DNA of 64,000 nt, from contig JAZDMQ010000034.1 of the NCBI GenBank assembly GCA_043800755.1, positions 2,656 to 66,655 on the forward strand, given 5' to 3'. The position numbers and the translations under genes are program-made. Source of the stretch: a bacterium (lineage in GTDB: Bacteria; Methylomirabilota; Methylomirabilia; CAVQYV01). Below are positions 49,907-58,382 of the stretch, one piece after another (positions within the stretch are counted from its first letter, which is position 1; every line of letters starts with the position of its first letter). The notes beneath the pieces were generated by a model. That model did not search any database. It was not told where the DNA came from and saw only the letters and a list, made by a program, of their open reading frames with translations.

Positions 49907-50590
49907 ATGGGCGACTTTCATCCCTTCCCCGAAGAGGTAATCCTCCGCTATCATGAATGGTATGAGAAGCCCCCGGGTTCTATCCTGGCGACCCTGGAGA
50001 AGAAGGCCCTTTCTTCCCTCCTATCCCCTCAAGAAAAGGACCTCCTCCTGGAGGTGGGATGCGGCACCGGCTACTTCACGGCCTGGCTGGCCGAACTCGG
50101 CTTTCAGGTGGTGGGGCTCGACCGCTCCCCTCCCATGTTGCAGGCCGCCCGGGAAAGACACGGGGGGATCCCTTTTCTCCTTGGATCCGGCGAGGCCCTC
50201 CCCTTCTTCAGCCACTCCTTCGACCTCGTGGCCTTCCTTACCTCCCTGGAGTTCATGGCCCAGCCCCAGAAGGCAATCCGTGAAGCCGCCCGGGTGGCCA
50301 GAAAAGCCATCCTGCTGGGAATCATCAATCGCTGGAGCCCTTACGGGCTTCAGCGGCGCCTCCGCCAGAGGCCGCCCTACGATCACGCCCACTTCTATTC
50401 GGTGGCACAACTGAAGGGTCTCCTGTCCTCTCTGGATCGTCCTTTTAGGATATCCTGGAGGACCGCCATCCTCTCGCCCCGCTTCGGCTTCGCCCCCGCC
50501 CACCTCCCTTGGGGGGGATTCATCGCCCTGCGGGTCGGTTTCGAAGATTGGCCTCACGGTACGGAGGTCTTCAAGACTGACGAATCTTAA
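49907..50590 (+). CDS. class I SAM-dependent methyltransferase
   Basis: Motif I LLEVGCGTGYFTAWLAELGFQVVGLDRSPPML. 227 aa. Divergent from lexA. Confidence 0.75.
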   Translation: MGDFHPFPEEVILRYHEWYEKPPGSILATLEKKALSSLLSPQEKDLLLEVGCGTGYFTAWLAELGFQVVGLDRSPPMLQAARERHGGIPFLLGSGEALPFFSHSFDLVAFLTSLEFMAQPQKAIREAARVARKAILLGIINRWSPYGLQRRLRQRPPYDHAHFYSVAQLKGLLSSLDRPFRISWRTAILSPRFGFAPAHLPWGGFIALRVGFEDWPHGTEVFKTDES

Positions 50591-50654
50591 GGGGAATCGC
50601 TCTGCTATCCATGAAATGGACTTGCCCTTTTACTTGCAGAAAGGAGTCATAGAC

Positions 50655-51416
50655 ATGGACCAGTACGAGATCTATGCCCTGTGGTTGGGGGAAAAGACGG
50701 CTGACAACACCCGCTTCATGTACCTCACCCGTCCGGGGAGACAAACCACCATCTACTATTACCTCTGGCTGCTCAAGGGAAAAGAGGAATGGGTCCTGGT
50801 CGATACCGGGTTCAGCCCAGAGGCCGCCCAAAAGCGGATGCTGGAAAATTACTCTCATCCCCTCGAGCGCCTGGCACAACTCAGGGTGAACCCCATCTCC
50901 ATACACACCACAATCATCAGCCATTTGCACTGGGATCACTTTGCCACCCCGGAGTACTTCCCTCAGGCCACCTTCTACCTCCAGGAGAGGGAGGCTCAAT
51001 TCTTCACCGGGCCCTTCGCCCGTTATCGTGCCTTCAACGAATTCGTCGACCAGGAGTCGGTGGAAAAGATGGTTGGCTTGAATTATCAGGGCCGATTCCG
51101 GTTCCTCGAAGGAACCGAGGAGATCCTTCCCGGCCTCCGCCTGCATCTCACCGGAGGCCATACCCCGGGCCACCAGATCGTGGAGGTGAATACCGCCAAG
51201 GGAAAGGCCGTCCTCGGAATTGACGCCTGCCACCTCTATGCGAATCTGGAGGAGATGACCCCGGGAGGAGTCATCGCCGATCTGCGGGAGATGGTGAAGG
51301 GGCTGGAAACGGTGAAGGCCCTGGCCAGCTCTCCGGATCTGATCTTCCCCGGGCATGACCCGCTGCTCATGAAGAAATACCACCAGGTGGGGGCGGGGGT
51401 CTTGAGGCTGGTCTGA
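50655..51416 (+). CDS. MBL-fold metallo-hydrolase (lactonase-like)
   Basis: AAGGAG RBS 8 nt before ATG at 50655. ISHLHWDHF (HxHxDH) motif. Confidence 0.7.
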   Translation: MDQYEIYALWLGEKTADNTRFMYLTRPGRQTTIYYYLWLLKGKEEWVLVDTGFSPEAAQKRMLENYSHPLERLAQLRVNPISIHTTIISHLHWDHFATPEYFPQATFYLQEREAQFFTGPFARYRAFNEFVDQESVEKMVGLNYQGRFRFLEGTEEILPGLRLHLTGGHTPGHQIVEVNTAKGKAVLGIDACHLYANLEEMTPGGVIADLREMVKGLETVKALASSPDLIFPGHDPLLMKKYHQVGAGVLRLV

Positions 51417-51517
51417 GGCTTACTCGGGCAGGAAGGGAAGAAGGAAAAAGATTCTGCAGGGGGCACGGCCATTGGATGAGGATCCCGCAAAGGCCGAGGG
51501 AGGACGAGACCAGCCCC

Positions 51518-52201
51518 TCAAGGACTGCTTCGCCTCTGGCACAGGAGGACCACCTTCTCCGAGAACAGCCAGACCACAGGGACCCACTTCAGCAAGACAA
51601 CTCCTGCCTCCCCCAGCTCCGAGGAGATCTGAGAGATGGAGTACCGGGGGCGCAGGGGTTTGGCCACCCCCAGCCGGTATCGGATCCATCGCGAGAGGGA
51701 ACGGAAGGCAAGCTTGTAGCGATAATCGACGATGAAGGGGCCCCGGCTCACCCGCGCCAGCTCCGACAAAACCATCTTCCTGGTCTCCACCGGAAGATGG
51801 GGCAGGAAGCGAAAGCAAAGGACCGAGCCAAAGGCAGCCGAGCGAAAAGGCAGGCTCTCCGCTTCACACCGGATATAGCCCAGAACCCCCTGCGGGGAAT
51901 CGGCCCTTTCCCTCGCGAATCCCAGCATCTCCTGGGAGATATCGGCGTGGACCACCTCGTTTCCCCCCTCCCGCAGCAGCGGGCGGAAACGGCCGGTCCC
52001 GCAGGGCATGTCCAGGATCCTCAATCCGGTCCCCACCTGCCTCAAGGCCTTCTTGATCGCGCGCTCCTCCGCCCACTCCCTGAGCCACCCTGAGAGGCCG
52101 GAAAACCGCTTTTCCTCATATCCCTTGACAATCTGCCCATCCTGATAATGGGCCTTCGCCTTGTATTCCTTCCCAAGAGATCCTTCCCTTGCCTTATCCA
52201 C
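51518..52201 (-). CDS. class I SAM-dependent methyltransferase
   Basis: ILDMPCGTGRFRPLLREGGNEVVHADISQEMLGFARER motif I/II pattern. Confidence 0.7.
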   Translation of the reverse strand: MDKAREGSLGKEYKAKAHYQDGQIVKGYEEKRFSGLSGWLREWAEERAIKKALRQVGTGLRILDMPCGTGRFRPLLREGGNEVVHADISQEMLGFARERADSPQGVLGYIRCEAESLPFRSAAFGSVLCFRFLPHLPVETRKMVLSELARVSRGPFIVDYRYKLAFRSLSRWIRYRLGVAKPLRPRYSISQISSELGEAGVVLLKWVPVVWLFSEKVVLLCQRRSSP

Positions 52202-52351
52202 CGTCCCCTCTCCTCAGCCTATGTCATCCTTCGTAGTCGCCCAACCTCTCCGCCGGCGCCGAATGGCGACACGGCAGTCCAATGTCCGCACGCCCTTCTG
52301 CAATTGGATGTTCGAGGAGGCCTTGTCCGGCTCTCCCCCCTTCCATCCTGC

Positions 52352-53686
52352 TCACGGGGTGAGGAATTCGATGCCCGAGAGCTCGCAGAATTGGGCCAGC
52401 TCCCGGGTGACATCCCCATAGACCATCACTGGATGATGCTCCACCCCCTCCCGCAGCATCTTATCGATGAAGGCGGCGGGTGAGGGCTCGACCCTTACCG
52501 TGGCCACACTGCCCCGTACCTCCTTGGCGGTGGGGACCGCCTCTCCCCGGGCCACGAACATGGCCACTCGATGATTGAGGGGACGGAGGAGCTTGGCCAG
52601 GGTCACCGTTCCCCCCTTGAAGCCGAATTCCAACATGGCCCCGGCCCCGGTGCGCATGTGCCCCCGAATCTTCGCCCTCTTGGGATCTTGGGCCAGCGAG
52701 AGCGCAGCCGATCCGCAATGGGCCAATTGCACCGCCCCCTCCTCTTCCAAGAAGCCGGTGATGTCGAAGCAATAAGTGGGAGTCCCGGCCAGGTCATTCA
52801 GGATATAGGCGGTGATCAGCGCCGGGAGGTCTACCTCGCAGACGCTGGGAATCCCCGCCTCCGCCATCTGAGAGAGGGTAAGGCAGATGGTGGTCTTATA
52901 TTGATCCCGCAGTTCCGGCCAACAGCGCACACAGAAGGCATCCAGCTTGTACCTCTCCACCAGGGCCTTCATCCCCAGATAGAGGCGATAGTGCTCCGCC
53001 ACCTTTTCCTGCCCCAACTCCTCCATGCCCCCGGTCTGAGAGACCAGATGTTGCGCCAGTTGAGCCGCCTCTTCGGCCGAGGCCTCTTGGGCCGCCTTCA
53101 ATAGGGCATCCAGGTCCAGATGGATAACAGTGGCCCCCACGGCCTTCTGCATCAACGCCTCATCACAGCCGGCATCGATCATCCCGGGACAGGGGTAGCC
53201 CACTAGGCCAAATCGCGCCCTGCGCAGCCGCCTGAGCATCCCCGCCACTTGAGCCGACCTGGCCGCCTCCCGGACCTTCTCGGCGTTCGCCTGGCCGATC
53301 AAATAGACATAAGGCTTCCCCAGTCGGCGGATATTGCACCCTGAAGTGGTCAGTCCGGTCATAGGGGAAGGGATGGGGGTTTCCTTATCCAGATAAGGCA
53401 GGGCCCACAGCAGCAGGGGATAATCGATGAGCTCCTTGGCCAGGGCCAGGGTAATATCCTCGGCGACCCAGGTGCAGAAGAAGAGGAGGACCAGATCGAC
53501 CTCGCCCTTCTTCAGGAGGCCGGCAATCTCCAGGGCATCGAGGGAGCTGCGGGGGATCTCGGTGCATAGGACCTCGCAGCCTGCTTGCCGCAGGCCGGCG
53601 ACGGCCTGGTCGCGGTGCTGCATGACCTCGGGCAGGTCATAAACCGGATGGACGCAGGTGACAAAGCCAATCTTGGGACGATCCAT
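52352..53686 (-). CDS. L-fucose/L-arabinose isomerase-family protein (COG2407-like), function unknown
   Basis: 444 aa. N-terminal MDRPKIGFVTCVHPVYD... resembles the isomerase N-domain. Assignment by recalled family resemblance only. Confidence 0.4.
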   Translation of the reverse strand: MDRPKIGFVTCVHPVYDLPEVMQHRDQAVAGLRQAGCEVLCTEIPRSSLDALEIAGLLKKGEVDLVLLFFCTWVAEDITLALAKELIDYPLLLWALPYLDKETPIPSPMTGLTTSGCNIRRLGKPYVYLIGQANAEKVREAARSAQVAGMLRRLRRARFGLVGYPCPGMIDAGCDEALMQKAVGATVIHLDLDALLKAAQEASAEEAAQLAQHLVSQTGGMEELGQEKVAEHYRLYLGMKALVERYKLDAFCVRCWPELRDQYKTTICLTLSQMAEAGIPSVCEVDLPALITAYILNDLAGTPTYCFDITGFLEEEGAVQLAHCGSAALSLAQDPKRAKIRGHMRTGAGAMLEFGFKGGTVTLAKLLRPLNHRVAMFVARGEAVPTAKEVRGSVATVRVEPSPAAFIDKMLREGVEHHPVMVYGDVTRELAQFCELSGIEFLTP

Positions 53687-53719
53687 GTCCTGCTCCTTTC
53701 TCTCTGTTCTCTTCTAATC

Positions 53720-55099
53720 TTAATTGCGGATCGAGTGGATCGGGGGAGGGAAGGTCCCTCCTCTGCGTATGAAGTCCCGGGAGGAAAAGGGGTTGACCGG
53801 CATCACCACCGTCGATCCAAACAGGCCGCCGAATTCTACCCTCTCCCCCGCTCTTGCACCCGGAACCGGAATCAGGCGAGCGCCCGTCGCCTTGTTGTTC
53901 ATCACCCCGATGGCCATTTCATCTGCGATCAGTCCCGCAACGGTCTCCGCAGTGGTGTCTCCCGGGATGGCCACCATATCCAACCCCACCGAGCAAACCG
54001 AGGTCATGGCCTCCAACTTCTCCAGGGAGAGGGCGCCGCTGGCGGCGGCGGCCACCATGCCCACATCCTCGCTCACCGGGATAAAGGCCCCTGAATACCC
54101 GCCCACGGCAGAAGTGGCCATGACACCCCCCATCTTGACCGCATTGGTAAGCAGGGCTAACGCCGCGGTAGAGCCAGGGGCACCTACTTTTTCGATCCCC
54201 ATCGCCTCCAAGATCTCAGCGACCGAATCGCCCACCTTGAAGGTGGGGGCCAGGGAGAGGTCCACCGCGCCCAGGCGCGTGTGAAGGGCCTCGGCCATCT
54301 CCCGGCCGATCAGCTCACCCACCCGGGTAATCTTGAAGGCCCTCCGCTTGATCTCTTGGGCCAGATCCTGCAAGGGCAAGCCCCTTTGGGATTGCAGGGC
54401 CGACTTGATGACCCCCGGCCCCGAGATCCCGATATTGATCACCGTCTCTGGGTTACCGAAGCCGTGAAAGGCCCCGGCCATGAAGGGGATGTTCTCCGGG
54501 GCATTGCACAGGACCACCAGGCGGGCGCAACCGCTCCCCTTCTCCGTCCGCTCGGAGATCTGTTTGACGATCTCCCCCATGGTCCTCACCGCATCCATAT
54601 TGATCCCGGACACGGTGGTCGCTACCTGGATGGAGGCGCACAGCGCCGAGGTAGAAGAGAGGACGGCGGGAAGGGAATGGATCAGGACCTCCTCGGCGAA
54701 GGTCAGGCCAATATGGACCAGCGCGGAGTAGCCTCCTACCAGGTCCACCCCCATCTCCTGGCAGGCCCGATCTAACTCCCCAGCGAAATCATCGCAGAAG
54801 GTCAAGGCCTCTGCTTCGTTCATGCCCCGAACTGGGGCCGCAATGATGGCCGAGAGCGGGGTTAGGGAGATGCGGAGGTTGACAATGGGGATGCCGTACT
54901 TCCTTTCCAGATGCCGGGCCGAGGGCAACAGGCCGGAGGCGGTGCGCTGAATCTTCTCTTTTACCTTTACCACCGCGTTTTGAGGATCGGCATCGATGCA
55001 GTCCAGGAGGGAGATCCCCAAGGTGATGGTGCGGATATCCAGATTCTCCAAATTGATCATCTTGATCGTTTCCAGGATCTCTTCCTTGCTATAGAGCAT
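53720..55099 (-). CDS. UPF0210 (DUF711) family protein
   Basis: MLYSKEEILETIKMINLENLDIRTITLGISLLDC... characteristic UPF0210 N-terminus. ~459 aa. Immediately downstream of the small ACT protein. Confidence 0.6.
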   Translation of the reverse strand: MLYSKEEILETIKMINLENLDIRTITLGISLLDCIDADPQNAVVKVKEKIQRTASGLLPSARHLERKYGIPIVNLRISLTPLSAIIAAPVRGMNEAEALTFCDDFAGELDRACQEMGVDLVGGYSALVHIGLTFAEEVLIHSLPAVLSSTSALCASIQVATTVSGINMDAVRTMGEIVKQISERTEKGSGCARLVVLCNAPENIPFMAGAFHGFGNPETVINIGISGPGVIKSALQSQRGLPLQDLAQEIKRRAFKITRVGELIGREMAEALHTRLGAVDLSLAPTFKVGDSVAEILEAMGIEKVGAPGSTAALALLTNAVKMGGVMATSAVGGYSGAFIPVSEDVGMVAAAASGALSLEKLEAMTSVCSVGLDMVAIPGDTTAETVAGLIADEMAIGVMNNKATGARLIPVPGARAGERVEFGGLFGSTVVMPVNPFSSRDFIRRGGTFPPPIHSIRN

Positions 55100-55126
55100 C
55101 TTTCACCTCAGGGAGATGGAGTACCT

Positions 55127-55408
55127 TCATATGCGATGCATGAAGTCAAAGATCTTCTTGTGCTGCATCAGGACCTTGACCCCCAGGGAATTTCCCTCCT
55201 GCGCCAGGGCCTCCTGCAAGGCCTCGAAGCTGGTCTGGCAGGCGGAGATGTCTACGATCAGGATCATGCTGAACATCTCCTGGAGGATAGTCTGGCTGAT
55301 GTCTTCAATATTGACCTGGTGATCCGCCAAGACCCGGGAGATCCCGGCCACCAGGCCCGGCCGGTCCCTCCCCATCACCGTGATGATCGCGAGTTCCTTT
55401 TCGCTCAT
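55127..55408 (-). CDS. ACT-domain protein UPF0237
   Basis: MSEKELAIITVMGRDRPGLVAGISRVLADHQVNIEDISQ... Single ACT domain, ~93 aa, the conserved partner of UPF0210. Confidence 0.6.
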   Translation of the reverse strand: MSEKELAIITVMGRDRPGLVAGISRVLADHQVNIEDISQTILQEMFSMILIVDISACQTSFEALQEALAQEGNSLGVKVLMQHKKIFDFMHRI

Positions 55409-55689
55409 CCTTCCCTCCCCCATTCCTCGCCGGGGCATGAACCCCTGGCCGAGATTCCCCCCTCTTCATCGCGGCATTATGAATAGGCATCCTGCATCTG
55501 TCAAGGAGAAAGCCGCCCCCTGGTGCCACCTTGTAAGCCGCCCCTTGCTTGACAAATTCGAACAACGGAACTCTCCAGCCCTGCTTTGCTGCAGGGGGGC
55601 AAGCATTCAATGCTTGCCCCCCTGCAGTTCTCAGGTTTCAGCTTGAAGGGTCTCCCCCAACCCTCGTCCACGAGGCCTTGCTCCTCTTT

Positions 55690-57174
55690 TTACATCTTTC
55701 CCCCAATGACCAGATAGAGGTAGGCAAGGCTCATCAGCACATAGGAGGCGGTGCAGAGGTACATGATGACCTTGTTGATCGGGTGGGGCTGGACCCACTG
55801 GGGGAAGGCCTTGGGCACCAGGTAGTAGTTCAGGTAGATCAGCCCCGGGGCGAAGATCGACATGGCCAGGAAGGAGCAGACGCCCCGAATGATCAGGAGG
55901 GCTCCAGGCTGGGCCAGCGCCATGGTGAAGATGGTGGATACGGAAAAGGTGGCCACAAAGATGTAGTACCAGGTGCGGAAGTGATATTTGCGGGCCGGCT
56001 TGATATTGGAATAGACGAAATCGGCCCATACCCGGGAGAACCCATCCGTGAGCTGCAGCCAGGCATCGCACAAGAAGGCGGCAGCGACCACCAGAAACAA
56101 GGCCCTCCCGACCCTGCCCCAGGCCACTTCAAAGAAGGCCGACTGCACCACCGCGATCTCCCAGCCCTTCGGGACCTTGTGCTCCGGCAGCAGCAGAGCC
56201 CAGGCCAGCCAGCACATGATTACCGTGGTCAGGGTATTGAGAAAGACCCCAATGAAGTTCTCGCTGGCGATGTAGCGCACCCAACCCTTATACTGCTTCT
56301 TGTTTTCCTCCGTGTCCTTGAACGCATAGCCCGTAGCAGGGATGGCCTCTTCCTCCCCGGTGATGGGGCTGGTCACCCGACCAATGAGCTTGCCCATGCC
56401 CGCCCCCTTATCTCTCATCCAGTAGCCAATGAAGAGCTGGCCAAACCCTCCGGCTCCGGCATAGGCGATGCAGGTGACCAAGATCCCCAAATCCTTAGGA
56501 TCCCAGTTGCTGGGCCTGGAGAAATGGGGAAGCAGAGCAGGAAGGAAGTGGGAGGCGGCTGAATAGACCTTCGGTTGGAACAGGGCGGCGGTGATGCCCC
56601 CGATGGTAATCAGCACGATGAGGCTGGAGAATTTCTCCACTACCGTGTAGACCACCCGGCCGAAGGTGAGGGCGATGATATAGACACTGATGGTGAGATA
56701 GCCCCAGAACAGGGCCCTGCCACCAGGACTCCATCCCGCAGGAAATTGAGTCAAGGATCCCAGGGCGGTCCCTCCTGCGCTGGCGTAGGCCCCAAACCAG
56801 ATATTCTCAATGAAGATCCCGATGAAGATCACGATGGCGTACCATCTTCCGATCCGGGTGAAGCCGGTCATGGCGGTCTCACCGGTGAGGATGGCGTAGC
56901 GCATAATCTCCAGGTTGATCCAGTACTGCAACATGGAGGCGGGGATGAGGATCCCCAGGAAGGCTGCCCCATACTTGGCGGTCATGTAAGGCCACCAGAT
57001 GAGCTCTCCGCTCCCCTGGGCCATGGCTGCCCAGATGAGCCCGGGTCCTATGTAAGCGAATATGCCCATAAAGGTAGGCAGGATCGCCAGCTTCAGGGGC
57101 TCCATTTTTCCCATGGGGACCTCGCCCCCGATGAGGCCTTGATTCGCATGCACCGGCTTCTTCTCCTCTGCCAT
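55690..57174 (-). CDS. Nramp-family membrane transporter, non-canonical (DPGN motif replaced by GPGL)
   Basis: 494 aa, ~11 TM. IFAYIGPGLIWAAMAQGSGELIWWPYMTAKYG aligns to the Nramp AYIDPGN...LLWV region. LEIMRYAILTGE aligns to the second Nramp motif. Confidence 0.5.
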   Translation of the reverse strand: MAEEKKPVHANQGLIGGEVPMGKMEPLKLAILPTFMGIFAYIGPGLIWAAMAQGSGELIWWPYMTAKYGAAFLGILIPASMLQYWINLEIMRYAILTGETAMTGFTRIGRWYAIVIFIGIFIENIWFGAYASAGGTALGSLTQFPAGWSPGGRALFWGYLTISVYIIALTFGRVVYTVVEKFSSLIVLITIGGITAALFQPKVYSAASHFLPALLPHFSRPSNWDPKDLGILVTCIAYAGAGGFGQLFIGYWMRDKGAGMGKLIGRVTSPITGEEEAIPATGYAFKDTEENKKQYKGWVRYIASENFIGVFLNTLTTVIMCWLAWALLLPEHKVPKGWEIAVVQSAFFEVAWGRVGRALFLVVAAAFLCDAWLQLTDGFSRVWADFVYSNIKPARKYHFRTWYYIFVATFSVSTIFTMALAQPGALLIIRGVCSFLAMSIFAPGLIYLNYYLVPKAFPQWVQPHPINKVIMYLCTASYVLMSLAYLYLVIGGKM

Positions 57175-57220
57175 TGGTCATTCCCTCCCTTCTCTGGACC
57201 TAACGAGATCGGAGTCGCCC

Positions 57221-57259
57221 AAAAAAAGATCCCCGCAACCCTCTTTGGAAAGTGCGGGG
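57221..57259 (-). terminator. intrinsic terminator inside the 5' leader of the Nramp-like gene (candidate attenuator or riboswitch expression platform)
   Basis: Minus strand reads CCCCGCA-15 nt-TGCGGGG-AUC-UUUUUUU, ending ~45 nt before the GGAGGG RBS and ATG at 57174. Candidate promoter upstream (TTGACA at 57398..57393). Confidence 0.45.
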
Positions 57260-57462
57260 ATTCACATCGGCTATTGTCTTCGATTGGGGGACGCACACAT
57301 GAGATCAACCTGGCCGCGAACGATCCGTTCTGTCGCTCCTTGGATCAACCCATATCACATGAGTTCATCGTATAATACCAGCCGCCCGTCGCTGTCAAGG
57401 AAAAATGGATCCCGGAAAGGCCCTTGGGCATGCCTGCCGACCCCTGGCCTCCCTGGCCTTCC

Positions 57463-57945
57463 TCAACGGGGAATCACATTGAATCCAGTATTCGAGATGA
57501 GTCCGGAATAGGTCTTCTTGAACTTCTTCCACAGGGCCCGCATATTCTTGTACCTCTGCAGCCAGGTGAGGAACAACAGGTCGAGGGCCGCGCTATCCGT
57601 CCAGATGACATCCTTCTTGTAGCCGGCGATCATGGAAACCCGGGTAGAATCCAGGAAGTTGGCAATCCGCTCCCTATCCGTATCGATGGTGCTGCAGGTG
57701 CCAAAATGGACCACCCAGTTTGCAAATCCTCTTCCCATGAAGCCCGCCAGGGTCTCGAGGTCAATCGAGCCCTCATCCAATTGAATCTCTCCCGGACTGC
57801 CATGGAAGGCAAAATAGAGGATCCCATAGCCCGATCGGCGCTTGATCTTGACCAGGTTATAGCGAAGCTCCTCCTTGGTATTGCAGGATAAAAGGATCAG
57901 CTTCACCTCGTTGAGCTTGGAGACCAGCTCCATGATCGGTCCCAT
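57463..57945 (-). CDS. hypothetical small protein with caspase/CHAT-like His-Gly ... Cys dyad
   Basis: ORF 57463..58119. Probable start at internal ATG 57945 (MGPIMELV). Motifs ILYFAFHGSPG and VVHFGTCST resemble the catalytic His and Cys strands of caspase-fold peptidases. No other similarity recognised. Confidence 0.3.
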   Translation of the reverse strand: MGPIMELVSKLNEVKLILLSCNTKEELRYNLVKIKRRSGYGILYFAFHGSPGEIQLDEGSIDLETLAGFMGRGFANWVVHFGTCSTIDTDRERIANFLDSTRVSMIAGYKKDVIWTDSAALDLLFLTWLQRYKNMRALWKKFKKTYSGLISNTGFNVIPR

Positions 57946-58382
57946 GCTCAGCCGCCGATGGCTCTCCAGGTCTTGGTCCCAAAGCGACTCCAGGCAGATG
58001 ATACTTTTCTTTTTTTGCTTGGCCAGCCTCAATTGGCAACGCCCCCTCTCTCGATTGCAGATACAAAGGGCCCCTATCGGGCACCCCTGAAGCAAATGCC
58101 CCCTTCTGCCTCCGCCCAACCCCTGGACTTATCTTGACAAATTCCCTCGCTTCCGGTATGGAAGATCCTGTTTGTACCTCCTTCCGGTGAGGCCAAGAAA
58201 AGGTGCGGCCCTTCTTTCTCATAAGTATAGGCCAAGCGCCTCATAATTTCAATCCCATTAGATAGGGGGGGGTCATCCTGTATAAACCTGCCCAGATCTC
58301 GACCTGCTGTCCCCAATGCGGCGGAGAACTGAATTTTGATGAGGGCTCCAATGCCGTCCAGTGCCGGTTTTGCGGAAGCGCA

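Noticed and set aside
57175-57400. Assignment of the Nramp-gene leader to a known riboswitch class (yybP-ykoY Mn, M-box Mg, NiCo)
   Set aside because: The recalled consensus cores (GGGGAGUAGC / CAGGAGAGAC for yybP-ykoY, GUUAGGUGAGGC for M-box) are not present. Left as unclassified attenuator-like.
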